From Basidiobolus meristosporus CBS 931.73 (taxonomy: Eukaryota; Fungi; Basidiobolomycota), in NCBI GenBank assembly GCA_002104905.1, contig MCFE01000324.1:30910-94909 (forward strand): 64,000 nt of DNA, written 5' to 3'. The position numbers were made by a program, and so were the translations under genes. The notes under the pieces are model-generated. The model searched no databases. It was not told where the DNA came from and worked only from the letters and a program-made list of their open reading frames with translations. Each line of letters starts with the position of its first letter. Within the stretch, counting starts at the first letter, position 1. This document shows positions 54,351 to 63,767 of the stretch, one piece after another.

Positions 54351-55256
54351 CCATATCAGCTTTGATCCACATCAGACTTGACTCATCCATCAAAGAAACT
54401 AAAATATCATTCAGATCTGCAGATAACATCCAGGATATTCGACACATATGACAACACTCAAATAAGGACTTTGTGAATGATGCACATTTCCGCTATTTAG
54501 CTATAAAAGTGCAATTATCCTGGGAAAATTCTCAGCCTTCGTATGGAAGTGGGACCAGAGCTCTAAGACAAGACTCTCATTACAGACAATGTATCTTGAG
54601 AGCTGTATTGACTCTGCGTGATATTAGTGGAGTTACGCGGTGCATGCGTTAGGTATGACCATCCAACACATGCTTGGATGTTTTGCCTGATGATCATTCT
54701 ATGGTGAGTTAGAGAAACCGGCGGTCAAGAAAAATCAAAAGGATAAAACACTACTAGCACACCGTCGTCAAGCTAAAACAGGTAGTTTTTGATTCTCTTT
54801 ATATTTCCATAACCTCTCGAATTTCACTTCATTTTCTTCCGCTAGGGCTCATAATGACGATCATCGCTGTCAATACACTAGCCGCATCCCTTGAATTTTA
54901 AGGCTACCGGAGCTAGTACTCTCTACAGGAAATGAAGCCACTCAACTGTTATCTTAACTGTGATTGGTGAAGACCGACTTTTGTTGTGACACAGACATAT
55001 TTGGTGGCTGGTGCTACCTGAACTCTGACTGTAAGTGCAAGAATATAGTTAAAGTAGCTGTTGATAGGTACATTGATTCCCGCAAGCTTTACGCTAATAA
55101 CTTGATTCCTGACTGGTAAAGAAAATAATATGCCCAATTTATATTATAAAACCATTCATTTGTACCTTGACATGAATTCTTACAGACATATGTAAAAGAT
55201 ATTGCATTTGCTCTATTGGAATGAGCCTCATAATTCTTGTGGTGACTAAGAGTGCC

Positions 55257-56180
55257 TAGGGTTAGGGGGGGGGAGACAGTCACCAACAGGTGAAATCTTT
55301 ATTTCAGTTGAAACAAAGAAGCCAGCACTACTGTTGTAGCTTTAATACAATAGTGTGTAACTGAGGGGAATTTGTAGGTAAGTGAATAAGGAGAGATGAT
55401 AGTTCTTCAGTGCCCAAGATATTGTTCAGTGGGAAGGTGGGTAGCAAGAGGGGTAAGAATGATTTGTGAACAATATTAAAGAGGGGAATATGATAAGGAT
55501 TGGTATTCATTATAAAGGGAGTGTGCTGCTTCAGATATTGCTGCCAAAGGTCTGTCAAGTACTTCTGGTAGGCCAGCTTGGGTTTTTCTGACTGCAGAAT
55601 ATAGTGAGCAAATTTCTTGACTTCAGGATCTCCAAGTATAGTTCTCCAGCAGGAGCCAGGTGTAGTGTGGTGTGTTCTCTTCCAGGCCTTAATCAATGGG
55701 TTGTTGCAGTGGTGAAGTCTGAGATATAATCTGGTTCTAAGGTATAGAAGTCTAATCTTATAGAGCATAAGCCCAAAAGCACCAAGAATAGCATGTCTGT
55801 AGGGGCATTCAGGTAAATGAGGCACCAAGGAGGTAATGCACCATACTGCAAAGTTGTCAAGCTTAGTGCAGTCTCTAGAAGTAAGAGAGAGAAGTGGTAA
55901 GCCAAATTCCAGGACAGGGAAGACAAACTGCTTGAGTAGAAGGAGGCAGTTGGGAGCTGAAGTTGTAGGAGGAGTAACAGCCAGTAGCTTGTGGAGTGCC
56001 TGTCTTGCCAGGATAATTCTCTTCTTCAGGTGTGCTCCAGAGTCTAGTCCAGTAGGAAGGAAAGGAAAGCCAAGATATGTAGCAGAAACCTGAGCAGGTA
56101 GAGTGGAGTTCTCCAAGTTGATGGGAGAGCCCAAAGGTACTGTCTTTGCAATGGAAAGCTGGAGATTATTCTTCTGCAGA
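55257..56180 (-). mobile_element. Telomere-associated LINE family A, copy A1 (5'-truncated, ~0.9 kb); innermost array unit
   Basis: C-terminal ORF 55328-56134 matches the 61566-63746 RT ORF; shared 3' motif; joined to unique DNA through TAGGGTTAGGG. Confidence 0.88.
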
Positions 56181-56830
56181 TAGGGTTAGGGAAGGGAAAT
56201 TCACCAAGGTGGGTGAAATCTTTATTTGATTTCATACAAGTCTAACTACAAATAAAGAAGCCAGCTGGGAATAGAAAATTCCCAAAGTAAACAATAAGGT
56301 AAATATGAATAATTCTAAGCTAAAGTTAAAGCAGTATCCCAGAGTACACTGGAGTTCAGGTTCATGGGGGAGTGAAGTAGATAAGCTTGAGAGATATAAT
56401 AATCTTTTAAGAAGTGGGTAACCACAGGTGAAGGGGTGTTTTTGATAAGTGAAGTGAATCTTGAGAGCAGAGATTCCTCTAATGAGAAGGTCTTGTAAAC
56501 TGGAGAATCAAGACACTCTTTAAAGACATGGTCAGTAGGTTCCCAGGAAAACTGGTCAGAGACATTTTGAGAGAATTGTTTAGCAATACTTTTGTCAAGT
56601 ACTACCTCCAGAGTGTGATGGTTGATAAATCTCATGTTAACAATCTTGGATAAGTTGTAACCTTATTGCTTGAGAAACATTCTATGCTCAGACATAGGAA
56701 TAAATTTCACATTGGCTAAGTAGCAGACAGCCCAGTCAGTAGCAGGAGGCAAATCAGAAGTGGCAGGAAACTTTCTTTCAGTCTTGGGAGGAGCAGCAGG
56801 ATGTCTTGAGGAAGCAGGAACAGATTTTTT
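56181..56830 (-). mobile_element. Telomere-associated RT-less coding unit (family C), 5'-truncated, one in-frame stop
   Basis: Frame open from 56830 to the stop at 56315 except TAA at 56663-56665; unrelated to the RT ORFs; ends in the shared 3' motif plus TAGGGTTAGGG. Confidence 0.72.
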
Positions 56831-57130
56831 GGGTTAGGGGGGGGAGACAGTTGCCAACAGGTGAAATCTTTATTTCAGTTGAAACAAAGAAGCCAGCGCT
56901 ACTGTTGTAGCTTTGATACAAGAGTGTGTAGCTGAGGGGAATTTGTAGGTAAGTTAATAAGAAGTGATGATAGCTCTTCAGTGCTCAAGACTCTGTTCAG
57001 TGGGAAGGGGGGTAGCAAGAGAGGTAAGAATGACTTGTGAACAACATTAATGAGAGGAATGTGATAAGGATTGATATTCATCATAAAGGGAGTGTGCTGC
57101 TGCAGATATTGCTGCCAAAGGTCTGTCAAG
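56831..57130 (-). mobile_element. LINE family A, copy A2 (3'-terminal ~300 bp)
   Basis: Near-identical to the 3' end of A3; begins GGGTTAGGGGGGGG-AGACAG. Confidence 0.88.
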
Positions 57131-59246
57131 TAGGGTAGGGGAGGGAAAGTCACTAAGTTGGTGAAATCTTTATTTGAGTTAAGAACTAATCTAAGTACAA
57201 ATAAAGAAGCCAATTAAGAGGTCTAGAACCTCTCTAATAAGTAATCTAATTTATGTTTTGTTTCATCTCTAATGTTTGTTTCAATAAAGTAAAGCTCATC
57301 AGGGGTAAATATAAAATTCAGGGGTTTTGGGGGAAGTACAAATTGTAGATGTTTCTGATCAATATAATCCTAGACTGGAACCCAGCCTGGGATTAGGTGT
57401 AGTAGGAAAGGTGTGTGGACTTGTAAGTAGCTCTGCCACATAGATCTTAGATGGTCCTGAGCCAGTAGTCTTGGTTTCTCAGCTTTTTGAAGTTTTGAAG
57501 CAAGCTCTGTTACTACAGCAGAGCCAACCAGGGTGTGCCAGCAAGAAGATTTCAGGGAGGAGTTAGATTGAAGCCATTGTTTGATGGAGGGGTTATGTGA
57601 TTTCTGAAGTTTGACTAGGAAGGAAGCCCGGAGATAGATCATTTGGATTTGGTATGGGTAGAACCCAAAGGCTCCATTAGTTGCATGGATATAGGGAGAT
57701 ACTGGAAGATAAGGTACCAAGGATCTGATACACTGATGGAGAAATTTATCCAGGCGGTGAAGTTCTCTGGAGGTTAGGGGTATAATGTGGAGACCAAATT
57801 CAAGTACCGGCAGTACATACTGCTTCAGAAGTATAGGGATCTTTTGAATTGGAGTGTCTGGAGTGACTACTACCAGAAGCTTTTTGAGAGCCTGTTGGGC
57901 GAGACGGATCCTATTACTCAGGTGGAGCTTTGAGTCAATCCCATGTTGACAAAACGGCAGACCTAGATATATTGCAGTTTGTTGTGGCAGAATGCTAGTG
58001 TTCTGTATAGTTGTAGTGCATCCAATTGGGACTGTCTTGGAAATTGAGAGTGAGAGGTTGTTGGCAGCCAAGTACTTCTCAATGATGGCAGTGTCTGCTA
58101 TGGGATTAGGAGTAGCAATCTTGATATCATCCACATAAAGAGTCAGTAGTGGATAGGGAGAGTCTGGTGAGGGGCCTTTTGGAAATAAAGGAAAGTCATG
58201 TAGGAATATCACAAATAGTAAGGGACCTAGTACAGATCCTTGGACTACTCCATTTGGAACCTCATAAGTCTCTGATGTACAACTTGGATGCAAAATTTTG
58301 GCTGAGTTCTCACAAAATAGAGAACGTACTAGAACGGTCATTGGTAGTGTGGTAACTGCTAATAGCTTTCTCCAAAGCAGAGCTCTGTCCACAGAGTCAA
58401 AGGCTTTAGTAATGTCAAACAGAATGGTTGGCAATGAGAATTGAAGTGAATGATCATGGCTTAGCACTACAGCCATATCCAAGGAGAGTTTGGGCAAGAA
58501 GCCAAACTGAGAAGGATGGAATGGATATAGTTGAGATTGCAAGGATCTTGCTATTATAAGCTCAAAGATTTTCCGGCAGGTTGGTAGGAGTGAAACTGGC
58601 CGGTAGGAACCTGGGAGTGAGTGTTTCCCCTTCCCTTTGTATAAGGGTATTACATTTGCCTGTGACCAGGCCTTTGGGGTAGTCAATTGTTGGGCACAGA
58701 TAGAGTAGAATGGGAGAAGTAAGTGACTCATTTTGGAGTAGCACACCCGGAGTAGATTGTAGGTAATCAAGTCATGTCCAGGTGCAGTATTTGCAGAAAG
58801 CTTCTTTAAAATTTTCTCCAGAAGCTTTGCTGAAACAAAAATTGGAGATGTTGGACTGCTGGATATGTTACCAGTATGGTAGAAAGGAGGAGTGGGATGC
58901 ACGGTTGAATCAAAGAATATAGGGGCCAGTTTGTCTGGTGATGGTATACTCCTTGCTTGGGATCTCATGGCTTTGTATACTCTTGATATGGACCATGTGG
59001 TGGCATTCATATTTACTAAGGGCAAGGTATCCATGATATGAGCCCATAATCTAGTATGCTCAGTGATCTGTAGTGACTTGGAGTAGGAGATTGCGCTTTC
59101 CAGGAGGTTCTGTGTTTTTGGGTTAGGGAAACATAGGTAGCTGGAATTCAAGGCAGAAATGATGGATTTCCATATAAGTTGGTTTGCAGATGGCTTTTGG
59201 TTGGACTTGGTGGGCAGGGCCCAACTGCCAGTGATTATGATTATGA
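57131..59246 (-). mobile_element. Telomere-associated LINE family B, copy B1 (5'-truncated, ~2.1 kb, complete RT core, premature stop at 57370)
   Basis: TAPGHD, YRPVSLL, QFGF, FDITKAFDSV, GVVQGSVLGP, LYVDD; TAG at 57370-57372 corresponds to TTG in B2. Confidence 0.9.
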
Positions 59247-60420
59247 TTAGGGTCAGGGGAGGGAAAGTCACCAGGTTGGTGAAATCTTTATTTGAGTTAA
59301 GAACTAATCTAAGTACAAATAAAGAAGCCAATTAAGAGGTCTAGAATCTCTCTAATAAGTAATCTAATTTATGTTTTGTTTCATCTCTAATGTTTGTTTC
59401 AATAAAGTAAAGTTCATCAGGGGTAAATATAAAATTCAGGGGTTTTGGGGGAAGTACAAATTGTAGATGTTTCTGATCAATATAATCCAAGACTGGAACC
59501 CAGCCTGGGATTAGGTGTAGTAGGAAAGGTGTGTGGACTTGCAAGTAGCTCTGCCACATAGATCTTAGATGGTCCTGAGCCAGTAGTCTTGGTTTCTCAG
59601 CTTTTTGAAGTTTTGAAGCAAGCTCTGTTACTACAGCAGAGCCAACCAGGGTGTGCCAGCAAGAAGATTTCAGGGAGGAGTTAGATTGAAGCCATTGTTT
59701 GATGGAGGGGTTATGTGATTTCTGAAGTTTGACTAGGAAGGAAGCCCGGAGATAGATCATTTGGATTTGGTATGGGTAGAACCCAAAGACTCCATTAGTT
59801 GCATGGATTTAGGGAGATACTGGAAGATAAGGTACCAAGGATCTGATACACTGATGGAGAAATTTATCCAGGCGGTGAAGTTCTCTGGAGGTTAGGGGTA
59901 TAATGTGGAGACCAAATTCAAGTACCGGCAGTACATACTGCTTCAGAAGTATAGGGATCTTTTGAATTGGAGTGTCTGGAGTGACTACTACCAGAAGCTT
60001 TTTGAGAGCCTGTTGGGCAAGACGGATCCTATTACTCAGGTGGAGCTTTGAGTCAATCCCATGTTGACAAAACGGCAGACCTAGATATATTGCAGTTTGT
60101 TGTGGCAGAATGCTAGTGTTCTGTATAGTTGTAGTGCATCCAATTGGGACTGTCTTGGAAATTGAGAGTGAGAGGTTGTTGGCAGCCAAGTACTTCTCAA
60201 TGATGGCAGTGTCTGCTATGGGATTAGGAGTAGCAATCTTGATATCATCCGCATAGAGAGTTAGTAGTGGATAGGGAGAGTCTGGTGAGGGGCCTTTTGG
60301 AAATAAAGGAAAGTCATGTAGGAATATCACAAATAGTAAGGGACCTAGTACAGATCCTTGGACTACTCCATTTGGAACCTCATAAGTCTCTGATGTACAA
60401 CTTGGATGCAAAATTTTGGC
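59247..60420 (-). mobile_element. LINE family B, copy B2 (5'-truncated, ~1.2 kb, nonsense mutation at 59809)
   Basis: Near-identical to the 3' half of B1; LYADD; TAT>TAA relative to B1; junction TTAGGGTCAGGGG. Confidence 0.9.
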
Positions 60421-60944
60421 TTAGGGGATGAAAGTCACCAAGTGGTGAAATCTTTATTTACTTATGACAAGTATCTAAAGAAGCCAAGTTAATCTGAAGT
60501 TATTCCTAGAAAGCTAGGTCTGAGAGATATCTTCCTGGTAAGCCAGGTCTGAGAGTTGAGAGGCTGAGTGGTACTATATTTCCTAGTTAGCTAGGTCTGC
60601 AAGAGGTTTCCTGGAAAGCCAGGCCTGAGAAGTGAGAATCTGAATATATCTGAGCTAAGTTATACTGGTTTGCGGTAGCTGAATTGTGGCCGGAATGGCC
60701 AGTAGACTGGGGGAACTAAGATGAATTTCTGGGTAATCACTGGCCAAATTTACTGGGCAAATCTGGCCAATTAGCATTTCAAGGATCTCAGCCAATCAGA
60801 GCCTTTACTTTGCCCGATGGTTGATCAAGCCATCTCCCAATGAGCACACATCAATTTATTAATCAAATTTTGCTGGATCCAGGATTTGAACCCACAACCA
60901 TGGGTATGGAAGGGTTAGGGATAACCACAAGGCTAAGTGTTCTT
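60421..60944 (-). mobile_element. tRNA-headed SINE-like unit (family D), copy D1, ~525 bp
   Basis: A box TAGCCTTGTGG (60935-60925) and B box GGTTCAAATCC (60892-60882) at tRNA spacing; non-coding; shared 3' motif. Confidence 0.78.
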
Positions 60945-61470
60945 GGTAGGGGGAGGAAAGTCACCAAGTGGTGAAATCTTTATTTACTTATGACAAGTAT
61001 CTAAAGAAGCCATGTTAATCTGAAGTTATTCCTAGATAGCTAGGTCTGAGAGATATCTTCCTGGTAAGCCAGGTCTGAGAGTTGAGAAGCTGAGTGGTAC
61101 TATATTTCCTAGTTAGCTAGGTCTGAGTGAGGTTTCCTGGAAAGCCAGGCCTAAGAAGTGAGAATCTGAATATATCTGAGCTAAGTTATACTGGTTTGCG
61201 GTAGCTGAATTGTGGCCGGAATGGCCAGTAGACTGGGGGAACTGAGATGAATTTCTGGGCGATCACTGGCCAAATTTACTAGGCAAATCTGGCCAATTAG
61301 CATTTCAAGGATTTCAGCCAATCAGAGCCTTTACTTTGCCCAATGGTTGATCAAGCCATCTCCCAATGAGCACACATCAATTTATTAATCAAATTTTGCT
61401 GGATCCAGGATTTGAACCCACAACCATGGGTATTGAAGGGTTAGGGATAACCACAAAGCTAAGTGTTCTT
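60945..61470 (-). mobile_element. tRNA-headed SINE-like unit (family D), copy D2
   Basis: Near-identical to D1 with the same 5' end; A box 61461-61451, B box 61418-61408. Confidence 0.78.
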
Positions 61471-61511
61471 GGTTAGGGTTAGGGTTTAGGGTTAGGGCTA
61501 GGGTAGGGGGG
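61471..61511 (+). repeat. Interstitial degenerate telomeric tract between D2 and A3
   Basis: GGTTAGGGTTAGGGTTTAGGGTTAGGGCTAGGGTAGGGGGG. Confidence 0.9.
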
Positions 61512-63767
61512 AGACAGTCACCAACAGGTGAAATCTTTATTTCAGTTGAAACAAAGAAGCCAGCGCTACTGTTGTAGCTTTGATACAAGAGTGTGTAGCT
61601 GAGGGGAATTTGTAGGTAAGTTAATAAGAAGTGATGATAGTTCTTCAGTGCTCAAGACACTGTTCAGTGGGAAGGGGGGTAGCAAGAGAGGTAAGAATGA
61701 CTTGTGAACAACATTAGTGAGGGGAATGTGATAAGGATTGATATTCATCTTAAAGGGAGTGTGCTGCTGCAGATATTGCTGCCAAAGGTCTGTCAAGTAC
61801 TTCAGGTAGGCCAGCTTGGGTTTTTCTGACTGCAGAATAAATTCAGCAAACTTCTTGACTTCAGGATCTCCAAGTATAGTTCTCCAGCAGGAGCCAGGTG
61901 TTGTGTGGTGTGTTCTCTTCCAGGCCTTAATCAGTGGATTGTTGCAGTTGTGAAGTCTGAGGTATAATCTGGTTCTAAGGTAGAGAAGTCTGATTTTATA
62001 GGGCATAAACCCAAAAGCACCAAGAATAGCATGTCTGTAGGGGCATTCAGGCAAATGAGGCACCAAGGAGGTAATGCACCATACTGCAAAGTTGTCAAGC
62101 TTAGTGCAGTCTCTAGAAGTAAGAGAGAGAAGTGGTAAGCCAAATTCCAGGACAGGGAAGACAAACTGCTTGAGTAGAAGGAGGCAGCTGGGAGCTGAAG
62201 TTGTAGGAGGAGTAACAGCCAGTAGCTTGTGAAGTGCCTGTCTTGCCAGGATAATTCTCTTCTTCAGGTGTGCTCCAGAGTCTAGTCCAGTAGGAAGGAA
62301 AGGAAAGCCAAGATATGTAGCAGAAACCTGAGCAGGTAGAGTGGAGTTCTCCAAGTTGATGGGAGAGCCCAAAGGTACTGTCTTTGCAATGGAAAGCTGG
62401 AGATTATTCATCTGCAGATACTGGTGGATGGTCTGGGAGTCTTGTTGCACATTGGAGGAGGATATTCTGATGTCATCAGCAAAGAGAGTAACCAGGCAGT
62501 CAGCTGAGAGTCTTGGGAAGTCATTCAGGAAGATGGCAAACAGTATAGGACCAAGCACAGAGCCTTGAACCACTCCATTAGGAACGGAGAACACAGCTGA
62601 TTGCTCACTTGGGTGCAGAATTCTTGCTTGTGGATCCAGAAACAGAGACCTGACAAGGAGGGTGAGAGAGGTACTGGAGAAGCATTGCAACTTGGACCAA
62701 AGCAGATTTCTGTCAACTGAATCAAAGGCCTTAGTAATATCAAACAGAACTGAGGGATACTTGCACTGGAGAGAGTGATCTTGGCTAAGTATGACTGCAT
62801 ATTCCAAGGAGAGGCCAGGAACAAAGCCAAACTGTGCAGGATGAAACTTGAGGGAGTCAGAGTAGAGCTCCTGAGCAAGCAGAAGCTCAAACACCTTTCT
62901 GCAGGTGGGCAGCAGAGATATTGGCCTGTAGGAGCTAGGATCCAGGTGCTTTCCTTTACCCTTGTACAGTGGCAGAACATTTGCAAAGGACCATTCCTCA
63001 GGAGTAGAAAGCTGGGCTGAGCATTGCTGAAACAGTGGAAGCAGAGGTGCAGACATGGCCTTGGTACTAGTCTTCAGAAGCTCATAGGAGATTGTGTCCA
63101 CACCTGGAGCAGTAGAGTTGGGAAGCCTCTTGAGCACATTATGAATTCTCCTTTGATCAAGTGCAAGTGGGATGGGCAGAGTCTTGAAGTCAGGATGAAA
63201 GCCAGGAGTTGAGTACTGCTTTGTAGAGAAGAAGATGTTAGCCAGCTGTTCTGTTGAAGGTAACTTCCTGGAAGAGGGCCTCATTGCCCTGTAGAGTCTT
63301 GATACTGTTCTTGTTATAGAGTTGGAAGATTGCAGAGGCAAGGAACTCATAATATGATCCCAGAGCTGAGTATGCAGAGTGTGGTGAATTGCCTTGGAGT
63401 GGTGTATTGCTGTCAGGAGGAGTTTCTCTGTTTTTGGGTTAGGGAAACTCAGGTAGCTTTGTTGCAGGGCTGAAACAATGGATTCCCATTTTCTTGAGGT
63501 AACAGCAGTAGTCTTGCATGGCAGTGAGAGGGAGGCAGACACCAGAATCAGATGCTTCACAAAGAGCCAGGCATAGTTGAGATCATCTGGCAGAGAAAGT
63601 AGTAAACTGGCAAGCTTCAAGTAGTTCCCAAAGTCTTTCTTCTGATTCTTGGTAGCTTTGTGGGTGAGCACAGTAAGTTTTGGCAGCTTCTTCTTCACAA
63701 CTGGTTGCATAGAAAGGGACCAGGCTGGGTGGTCAGAGGCTCTCAAGGATCCTAGCTCAGCTCCGGA
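61501..63767 (-). mobile_element. LINE family A, terminal copy A3 (~2.27 kb), 5'-truncated and capped directly by the telomere
   Basis: Shared 3' motif at 61506-61561; reading frame runs uninterrupted into the telomeric repeats. Confidence 0.92.
61566..63767 (-). CDS. Non-LTR (LINE-type) reverse transcriptase ORF2, N-terminally truncated, no internal stops
   Basis: STAPGVD, YRPISLL, QFGF, FDITKAFDSV, GVVQGSVLGP, LFADD; N-terminal SDH motif suggests the last strand of an APE endonuclease. Confidence 0.92.
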   Translation of the reverse strand, partial: SGAELGSLRASDHPAWSLSMQPVVKKKLPKLTVLTHKATKNQKKDFGNYLKLASLLLSLPDDLNYAWLFVKHLILVSASLSLPCKTTAVTSRKWESIVSALQQSYLSFPNPKTEKLLLTAIHHSKAIHHTLHTQLWDHIMSSLPLQSSNSITRTVSRLYRAMRPSSRKLPSTEQLANIFFSTKQYSTPGFHPDFKTLPIPLALDQRRIHNVLKRLPNSTAPGVDTISYELLKTSTKAMSAPLLPLFQQCSAQLSTPEEWSFANVLPLYKGKGKHLDPSSYRPISLLPTCRKVFELLLAQELYSDSLKFHPAQFGFVPGLSLEYAVILSQDHSLQCKYPSVLFDITKAFDSVDRNLLWSKLQCFSSTSLTLLVRSLFLDPQARILHPSEQSAVFSVPNGVVQGSVLGPILFAIFLNDFPRLSADCLVTLFADDIRISSSNVQQDSQTIHQYLQMNNLQLSIAKTVPLGSPINLENSTLPAQVSATYLGFPFLPTGLDSGAHLKKRIILARQALHKLLAVTPPTTSAPSCLLLLKQFVFPVLEFGLPLLSLTSRDCTKLDNFAVWCITSLVPHLPECPYRHAILGAFGFMPYKIRLLYLRTRLYLRLHNCNNPLIKAWKRTHHTTPGSCWRTILGDPEVKKFAEFILQSEKPKLAYLKYLTDLWQQYLQQHTPFKMNINPYHIPLTNVVHKSFLPLLLPPFPLNSVLSTEELSSLLINLPTNSPQLHTLVSKLQQ

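Noticed and set aside
54560-55250. Older LINE or APE remnant proximal to the array
   Set aside because: The frames are heavily interrupted, with no RT or APE motif and no copy of the shared 3' signal.
57370-59331. 653-aa ORF as a full-length RT gene with its own start
   Set aside because: Its first ~27 residues (MASLFVLRLVLNSNKDFTNLVTFPPL) are read through the 3' UTR and junction of the neighbouring B2 unit, and it ends at a premature stop. It is a junction artefact, as are ORFs 56899-57213, 56044-56235 and 55089-55286.
59760-59811. Apparent frameshift splitting B2 into two ORFs
   Set aside because: The two ORFs are in the same frame; alignment with B1 shows a single TAT>TAA substitution.
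60481-60640. Hammerhead ribozymes in the D hairpins or at the shared 3' end
   Set aside because: GAAA follows some stems, but there is no correctly placed CUGANGA core on either strand.
60871-60944. Functional tRNA gene
   Set aside because: A and B boxes are intact, but the acceptor stem, anticodon arm and T-stem pair poorly, so it is a tRNA-derived head only.
55257-63767. Penelope-like (Athena/Coprina/Terminon) elements or TERT
   Set aside because: Polarity is similar, but the RT motifs (APG.D, YRPISLL, QFGF, D..KAFD.V, GV.QGS.L.P, Y/FADD) are LINE-type and no telomerase-specific motifs are seen.
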